Shown piece after piece: positions 47,181 through 52,675 of a DNA stretch of 52,675 nt (position 1 is its first letter; each line of letters starts with the position of its first letter). The notes beneath the pieces are model-generated. The model was not told the DNA's origin and made no database searches. It saw only the letters and a program-made list of their open reading frames with translations. A program made the translations under genes and the position numbers. The DNA lies in NCBI GenBank assembly GCA_021809805.1, contig JAJZKA010000004.1, positions 1 through 52,675 of the forward strand. Reading direction: 5' to 3'. The DNA is from Actinomycetes bacterium (GTDB lineage Bacteria; Actinomycetota; Acidimicrobiia; Acidimicrobiales; Bog-793).

Positions 47181-48193
47181 GCGCGCCTCGATCCTGCCGC
47201 CCACGCCTCCGCGGACGAGGGGCTCGCCGTCGCTATCCCGGTGTCCTGCCGCGCCAGGAAGAGGAAGTGTTCGATCCGACGCGCGTCGCGCAGGATGAGC
47301 TCGATGTCGTTGTAGACCGTGCGTCGGTCGTTGCGCCCCGCGTAGAAGGCGTCGCGTTTCCACGCGCCGACAGCGTCGATGAGGTCGCGCTCGCTGTAGT
47401 CGCGAAGGGCCCTCGCGATCGCCCGCCGGCGGGAGTCGGTGAGCTTCGCCTGTGTGCGTCCCGTGGCCGCGACCCACGCGTCGAAGACGCGTCGAATGGC
47501 GCCCGTGTCAGGAGCGGCAACGAGCCGACGCCCCTCCGCGGGCGAGCTGGCGCCGCCCCGCTCGGCCGCGAGTTGTGGCACAAGGACCTCGAGTGCACAG
47601 CCTCGGCAGACCGCTGCGGCTGGAGGCATCTCCTCCGCGTCGGGTGGGAGCCATCCGAGTCGGCTAACCAAAGCCGCGTCCCAGAGCTCCAGCCCTCTCC
47701 CGACGACGTAGCCCATGCCGGCATCGTCAGGAGCCGCGATCCACTCGACGGAGTGGCCGCTCAGGCAGACGCAGCACCGAACGCGCTGACGCTCGCCAGG
47801 TATGAGGTCAATGGCGTCGGCATAGGCGGTCCGCTCGGCCCCCGATAGCCGACCGTCGTTGTACTCAGCCGGCGGAGCATCGTCATCCGGCACCAGTCCA
47901 GGGACCGCCGCACAGACGAGCTGACGAGACGACCCGGCGACCACCGAGCGCACGAGTCCGGAGGCCACGAGCACCTCGATTGAGTCCGCCATGGCCTCGG
48001 CCGTGGTCGTCTCCGGCGCGCCCCGGGATAGCAGCGCGCAGAGATCGTCGCCGACGACAATCCCCGGCCAGGCGAGCAAGCGGATCGCGAGGAGACTCCG
48101 CAGCGCCCCCGCCGGCAAGGCGGCAGTCGCCGGATCGGTCAGAGTGGCCGAGAGAAGCCCGGCGAGCTCGTCCGCGCGGTGGGTCTTCTTCAT
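47177..48193 (-). CDS. Phage-type replication initiator (replisome organiser-like)
   Basis: C-terminal VFDAW...LTDSRRRAIARAL...FYAGRNDRRTVYNDIELILRD; precedes loader and DnaB. Leaderless ATG 48193 lies 6 nt after TACCTT. Confidence 0.7.
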   Translation of the reverse strand: MKKTHRADELAGLLSATLTDPATAALPAGALRSLLAIRLLAWPGIVVGDDLCALLSRGAPETTTAEAMADSIEVLVASGLVRSVVAGSSRQLVCAAVPGLVPDDDAPPAEYNDGRLSGAERTAYADAIDLIPGERQRVRCCVCLSGHSVEWIAAPDDAGMGYVVGRGLELWDAALVSRLGWLPPDAEEMPPAAAVCRGCALEVLVPQLAAERGGASSPAEGRRLVAAPDTGAIRRVFDAWVAATGRTQAKLTDSRRRAIARALRDYSERDLIDAVGAWKRDAFYAGRNDRRTVYNDIELILRDARRIEHFLFLARQDTGIATASPSSAEAWAAGSRRA

Positions 48194-48199
48194 GGCCCG

Positions 48200-48242
48200 A
48201 AGGTATCCCGCGAGTGACATGGCGGCCGTCTGTGTCACTCGC
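48200..48242 (-). promoter_or_regulatory. Motif promoter GCGAGTGACAC-N11-ATGTCACTCGC, -10 TACCTT
   Basis: IR at 48210-48219 and 48233-48242; N26 to TACCTT; N6 to ATG. Confidence 0.75.
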
Positions 48243-49236
48243 CGCGACGCTGCTCTGCGACGCTGCCAAGAGGTGTGATCGGGGCGAGTTCATGTCCGCC
48301 CGGTGCCGATTCCCAAAACCGATGGCTATCGCCCGTGCTGCCGATGAGCGCGAGACCGCGTTCATGGCGCGGGCGGGCCTCCTCAACCGTGGCGGGAGCA
48401 TCAAGGCCCGCCGGCGGGCCACCACGGGTAAGCGCGAGCTCGGCGCCGGCGTGGACGGTCCGGGTGAGATCCAGGTCGTGGATGTACGCGGCGACGAAGT
48501 CCGGGCGACGAAGGTCGGCCCAGCGAGCGGACACGTCGGCAAAGGCGACGCCGCTGAAGTCGGAACCGGCGAGCAAGGAGGCGTCAAGGCGAACGCCGAT
48601 GAGGCATCCCCCCGGAGCAATGCCCGCTCCCGAGCGGGGTGGGCTCGACGGGTGCAGCGGCTCCATTCCCGATCGAGCGAACCTGAGGTCAACGTCCTCC
48701 CAGCGAGCCGCAGGGAATGACACGCCGCCGTGTTCTCGGTCGTGGAGTACGGCGCCACGGAAGTCGCAACCAGAGACCAGCGGAGCCGTCCCGACGGCGC
48801 CAGCCACGGTGACGCCGAACCCATGGCAATCGACGAGCCTCATGCCGGCGACCACGGCGCCGGCGAGCGTGGCGTAGTGCAGCCTGCAGGACGAGAATTG
48901 CGTGCGAGCGACAGTGGCGTGCCGGAGCGTGGCCCCGTCGAAGTCGCTCCCCCCGAAGACCGCGTCGGACAGGTCGGCATCGTCGAACGAGGCCCGTGTC
49001 ATCGTGCTCCGGAGGACCGTCGCGGAGACGAGCCGAGCACGTGCGAACGACGCGCCGACCGCAGACGCGCGCGCGAGGGCTGCACCCCGCAGATCCGCTC
49101 CGTCGAGAAGGGCTCCGTCGAGGCGAGCGCCGGTCAGGTCGGCCCCGCGGAGAGCGGCGCCGCGGAGATCCTGGCCTCGCAGTTGCACGCTCTGGGCCCA
49201 TGAAGACTGCGACTCGAAGGTCGCGACGACGCTCAT
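48235..49236 (-). CDS. Pentapeptide repeat protein
   Basis: ADLTG ARLDG ALLDG ADLRG AALAR repeats; TGATG coupling to whiB. Confidence 0.9.
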   Translation of the reverse strand: MSVVATFESQSSWAQSVQLRGQDLRGAALRGADLTGARLDGALLDGADLRGAALARASAVGASFARARLVSATVLRSTMTRASFDDADLSDAVFGGSDFDGATLRHATVARTQFSSCRLHYATLAGAVVAGMRLVDCHGFGVTVAGAVGTAPLVSGCDFRGAVLHDREHGGVSFPAARWEDVDLRFARSGMEPLHPSSPPRSGAGIAPGGCLIGVRLDASLLAGSDFSGVAFADVSARWADLRRPDFVAAYIHDLDLTRTVHAGAELALTRGGPPAGLDAPATVEEARPRHERGLALIGSTGDSHRFWESAPGGHELAPITPLGSVAEQRRGE

Positions 49237-49652
49237 CAGGAGGCGCTCTGGTGACGCTGGGGCGTGCGGATGAGACCGTCCTCGACCAGCGCGTCGCACA
49301 GCGACATAGCGAGGTCAGAGGCGCTTCTTCCTCGCGCCAAGGCGTCACGCGCACCCGGGAGAGTCCCGGCCCAGAACCCGGCTCTGCAGCCCGCCAGAGT
49401 CGCCTCGTTGCACAGGGCGTAGGCGAGGCACGTGTTGTGCACCGGGCACGCCTCGCAGGCCTCGCGGAGGCGCTTCGTCGGGCGCCCGTTGAACCACGCG
49501 TCGTTGCCGAGATTCGCGCAGCTGGCGTACTCGGCCCACCGCGCACGGTCGGCTCTCGCCATTGCACCGGTGAGTATGGTCACGTTTGAGAGAGGGGCGT
49601 CCGGGAGGCTCTCGACCTCCACGTCGTCGCCTGCCGGGGTCGTCGTTTGCAT
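49236..49652 (-). CDS. WhiB-family regulator (second copy)
   Basis: WAEYASC...CEACPVHNTC...GFWAG. Confidence 0.9.
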   Translation of the reverse strand: MQTTTPAGDDVEVESLPDAPLSNVTILTGAMARADRARWAEYASCANLGNDAWFNGRPTKRLREACEACPVHNTCLAYALCNEATLAGCRAGFWAGTLPGARDALARGRSASDLAMSLCDALVEDGLIRTPQRHQSAS

Positions 49653-50171
49653 GACGATGAAGGTCGCGGGTTGACCTCTCCCCGATCTGACATTCCCTGG
49701 TCAAAGGGGATTTCCAAGGGCGGGACCCCACCCCTTTGCGGACCTCTCCGCCGTGCCATGACGACCTCTCAGCGGGCAGGGAAGGTGGCTGACCTGGACT
49801 TCCCTCGCCAGACCCGGAGGCCACGACGACCTGCGAGGCGCCCCGAGAGGCACCGTTGGACGTCGGGGGCGGTGCGAGTGGAATAGTTCGGAAGCCCTTT
49901 CCGGCCGCCTGTCGGCCGACTCGCCCATTTCGGGCGACTCCGGCGGGCTGTGGGAAGCCCACCAGCCGCCGTCTGCGGTTCTTCCGTGCGCTCTACGAGG
50001 CCTCCGGCGCGGCGGAGAGGTCCTGGCCGCGCGCCTTCCCTGCGGCCTCTCGCGCACCTCTCGACGCTCCCGAAATGCGCTGCGACCTGGCGATGGAAGA
50101 TCCGTGAGAGGTCACGTCGTCACTCTTCCTGCGCCGACGAGGAGAGCCCTCGCCAGGCAGGGAGGTGACAG

Positions 50172-50639
50172 ATGAAGACCGGACTGCTCGAGGCGGTGCG
50201 GACGGGGCTCTTGGAGCCGGCTCGCGCGACCGTCATCCACACGGGGACGCTCGTGCACAGCGCGTACCTCACGGCCTTCGTTCAGGCCACGACCGCCACC
50301 ACGCCCACCACGCCGGCGGCGGGCGGCGGGCTCACGATCGGTACCGGCACGGGCGCCTCGCAGACCATCAACACGCCGGTCGGGAACGCCACCGGCATCC
50401 CGGGTGTGTCGACCCTCCTCTCGCTCATCTCGAGCCTGCAGGGGATCGGCTTCGTCCTCGCCGCCGGCGCCGTTGTCCTCGGTGCCGTGCTGTGGTCCTT
50501 CGGGGCGGCCAAGGAGAACTCCCGCGGAAGCCACATCGGCAAGCAGCTCGTCCTCGGTGGGCTCGTCACTGCGCTGCTCGACGGCGTCGCCATCGGTCTC
50601 GTCAACTGGGTCGGCACGACCGCTGCCACGAACGGGTGA
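50172..50639 (+). CDS. VirB2/TrbC-like conjugative pilin-type membrane protein
   Basis: RBS GGAGGTG; GIPG...two hydrophobic helices separated by N....HIGK; precedes a VirB6-like gene. Confidence 0.7.
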   Translation: MKTGLLEAVRTGLLEPARATVIHTGTLVHSAYLTAFVQATTATTPTTPAAGGGLTIGTGTGASQTINTPVGNATGIPGVSTLLSLISSLQGIGFVLAAGAVVLGAVLWSFGAAKENSRGSHIGKQLVLGGLVTALLDGVAIGLVNWVGTTAATNG

Positions 50640-50731
50640 GCAGCGTCGTCCCCACGGCGGCGGCGCGGCTGTCTCGTGCAGTCGCGCCGCCGGCGGACCA
50701 CCCCTCTGCCCATCGTTAGGAGCACCCCTCG

Positions 50732-52675
50732 ATGCACCCTTCGTCCCTCGCTGTGCGCGCGCTTTCGGCGACGCCTCTGCGCAGCGTTCTCCCCCCGGTG
50801 CGCGCGCACTTCACAGCGCCGGTGCGCGCGCACCTGACGGCATTCGTTCACCCGCTCGCCGCCACGCTCCCCGGTCTCGGCAGCGTGACGGGTGACATCG
50901 GCCAGTCGATCGTCACCGCCATCACGAACTGGATCGTGGTTGGCGAGTCCTCTGCGGTCGCCGGTCTCTTCACCGCCGGGATGAACGCCATCACGACCGG
51001 GACGCTCCCGGTCGTCACCCAGACCGCCTACACCGCCGCGCAGGGTGCCTCGGTGCGCAGCTGGTTCGCTGGGCCGTGGCACGGGATGGAGAACCTCGCC
51101 ATCCTCATCGGCCTCATCATCTTCTTCGTCGGCCTGATCGCCAACGTGGTGCGCGGCAACACCTCGGCGATGGCCAAGCAGGTCGCTGGTGGCGTGGTCG
51201 CCACCGTCGCCCTCTTCGCCGGTGTCCCGCTCTACATCGCGCAAAGCGTCATCGACGTCATCAACGTCGCCTCGCACTACATCGTGACCATCTCCGGGAG
51301 CTCGATCCCGACGGTCACCTCGGCGACGGTGCAGAACATCACCGGCACGTGGACGCTCGGTCCGCTGTTCACCGTGATCGGCCTCTTCCTCGCGGCGATC
51401 GCGCTCATCGGCGTCGTCATCGAGATGGCGATCCGAGAGGCCCTGATCTTCCTCGTGATCCTTTTCTTCCCCCTCGGGATCGCGGGCCTCTTCTACCAGG
51501 GCACGTGGGGCTGGCTGAAGCGCATGTGGGAGATCTTCCTCTCGATCGCCGTCAGCCAGCTGATCCTCGCCGTCGTACTCGTGGCGTCGATCGCCTCCTT
51601 CGAGAGCTTCATCGGCGGCGGCTCGCTCACCGACTTCTTCGAGTGGCTGGCCTTCCTCTACATCGGTGCCTTCTCCCTCCCGATGGCGCTCCGCCTCGTC
51701 CCGATGGCGATGGAACACGGCGCCGCTCACGCCCTTGGTGGACACCTCCGCCAGAGCGTCTCGGGCGCCATCCGTGGCGGCCACGCCGGCGGTCAGCAGC
51801 ACGCCAAGATGGCCGACGCCGCGGCAGCGACGGGCTCGTCGGGTCCGAGCTTCGGAAAGGCCTCGACGTCCGGCTTCGCCGCCGGCGGGATGGCGGGTGC
51901 CGCGGTCGCCGGCGCCAAGGTCGTGCGTGCTCGCATGGGCGCTCAGGCAGCCTCGGCGAGCGGCAACGGCGCGGCGCCGGCCGCCCCCCCGAATGGCAAG
52001 GGTGGCGCTACCAAGGGTGCCTCCGGTGTCGACCCGAAGCGCGCGGCGGCTACCGACCGCGCGACAGCCGGTGGTGCGGCGGCCTCTGGGGCAGCGAGCG
52101 CCGCCGGTTGCGCTGCGACCGCTGGGGCGAGCACCGTGGCGGACGCTGCCAAGAACGGTGCCGCGCACGTCGCCGGCGAGATGGACGGCCAGTCAGCCGC
52201 GGCTGCCGGCACGAGTGGCACCGAGGGCGGCGAAGCGGCCGCCGTCCCGAACTCCCCCGCCGCGGCGTCTGCTGGGGCTCCGGTCGGCGACGCTCCCCCG
52301 CCCACTGACGACGGCGGCTACGACGACTCGGACCGCTTCGACGACGACCCACGTGCTGCCTCCGCCGCCCCGATGGGCGCGGGGTCTCCCGGCGCTCCGT
52401 CAGGGATGAGCTCGCCGACGCGGCGCTCGGCCGCCACCTCTGCAGAGGACTCTGCGAGCGACGCGAGCGACACTGCCGCTGCGGCCGGTGCCGCCGCTGC
52501 GGACCGCCGCGGCGCCGGCGTTGCTTCTCCCGCCGCACCGGCGGGCGGCGGTGCGAAGGGCGCTGCGAACGGTGCTGGGGGCACCGGACGGCGCGGGTCT
52601 TCTGCTGCAGGTGCGCCAGCCGGCCCAGGTGCCAGCTCGCAGGGTCGCCCGACGTCGTTGCCGCCGAGCGGTGCG
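50732..52675 (+). CDS. VirB6/TrbL-like conjugative membrane protein (runs off the window, absent from the ORF track)
   Basis: RBS AGGAG, ATG 50732. My translation gives multiple TMs including EMAIREALIFLVILFFPLGIAG...WLKRMWE, then a long Ala/Gly-rich tail. Confidence 0.8.
   Translation, partial: MHPSSLAVRALSATPLRSVLPPVRAHFTAPVRAHLTAFVHPLAATLPGLGSVTGDIGQSIVTAITNWIVVGESSAVAGLFTAGMNAITTGTLPVVTQTAYTAAQGASVRSWFAGPWHGMENLAILIGLIIFFVGLIANVVRGNTSAMAKQVAGGVVATVALFAGVPLYIAQSVIDVINVASHYIVTISGSSIPTVTSATVQNITGTWTLGPLFTVIGLFLAAIALIGVVIEMAIREALIFLVILFFPLGIAGLFYQGTWGWLKRMWEIFLSIAVSQLILAVVLVASIASFESFIGGGSLTDFFEWLAFLYIGAFSLPMALRLVPMAMEHGAAHALGGHLRQSVSGAIRGGHAGGQQHAKMADAAAATGSSGPSFGKASTSGFAAGGMAGAAVAGAKVVRARMGAQAASASGNGAAPAAPPNGKGGATKGASGVDPKRAAATDRATAGGAAASGAASAAGCAATAGASTVADAAKNGAAHVAGEMDGQSAAAAGTSGTEGGEAAAVPNSPAAASAGAPVGDAPPPTDDGGYDDSDRFDDDPRAASAAPMGAGSPGAPSGMSSPTRRSAATSAEDSASDASDTAAAAGAAAADRRGAGVASPAAPAGGGAKGAANGAGGTGRRGSSAAGAPAGPGASSQGRPTSLPPSGA

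Noticed and set aside
10229-48240. Motif as a PafBC/RecA-NDp, CRP/FNR, or IS terminal-repeat site
   Set aside because: Sequence and spacing differ from TGTCGG-N10-TANNNT and TGTGA-N6-TCACA; no transposase or target duplications are present.
50282-52168. 628-aa minus-strand ORF and other long shadow ORFs (e.g. 151-1356+, 19027-20088+, 51076-52308+)
   Set aside because: Arg-rich antisense or off-frame artefacts of high-GC codon bias overlapping better-supported genes.

Overview
High-GC actinobacterial DNA that reads as part of a large conjugative plasmid or ICE, with no housekeeping genes. An Acidimicrobiia host is suggested by recalled resemblance of two ORFs (unverified). Left to right: a complete group II intron (3-1961) apparently inserted just after a start codon; a putative Rep gene with an upstream antisense-RNA terminator and an internal AT-rich origin-like patch; a Tad/Flp pilus operon plus an unlinked prepilin peptidase; ParA, a partner gene and an 11-mer centromere-like array; SNF2 and DUF1998 helicases; a CPBP protease; a tyrosine recombinase with an 11-6-11 dif-like site; two WhiB genes; an in-frame Prim-Pol/SSB fusion; a DUF932-AAA-pseudoAAA-vWA/HEXXH operon; a membrane-anchored LysM...wHTH-BTAD protein and a truncated paralog; several secreted/lipoprotein genes; a phage-type initiator-loader-DnaB module; and the start of a VirB2/VirB6-like transfer operon. 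The strongest unexplained signal is an element-wide promoter architecture, GAGTGACAC (core GTGRCAC)-N26-28-[T/C/G]ANNNT, usually followed 6-8 nt later by an in-frame start codon. It precedes about nine transcription units and suggests an element-specific regulon, possibly controlled by the LysM-SARP-like membrane sensor. All calls are by-eye motif recognition; no database searches were run.
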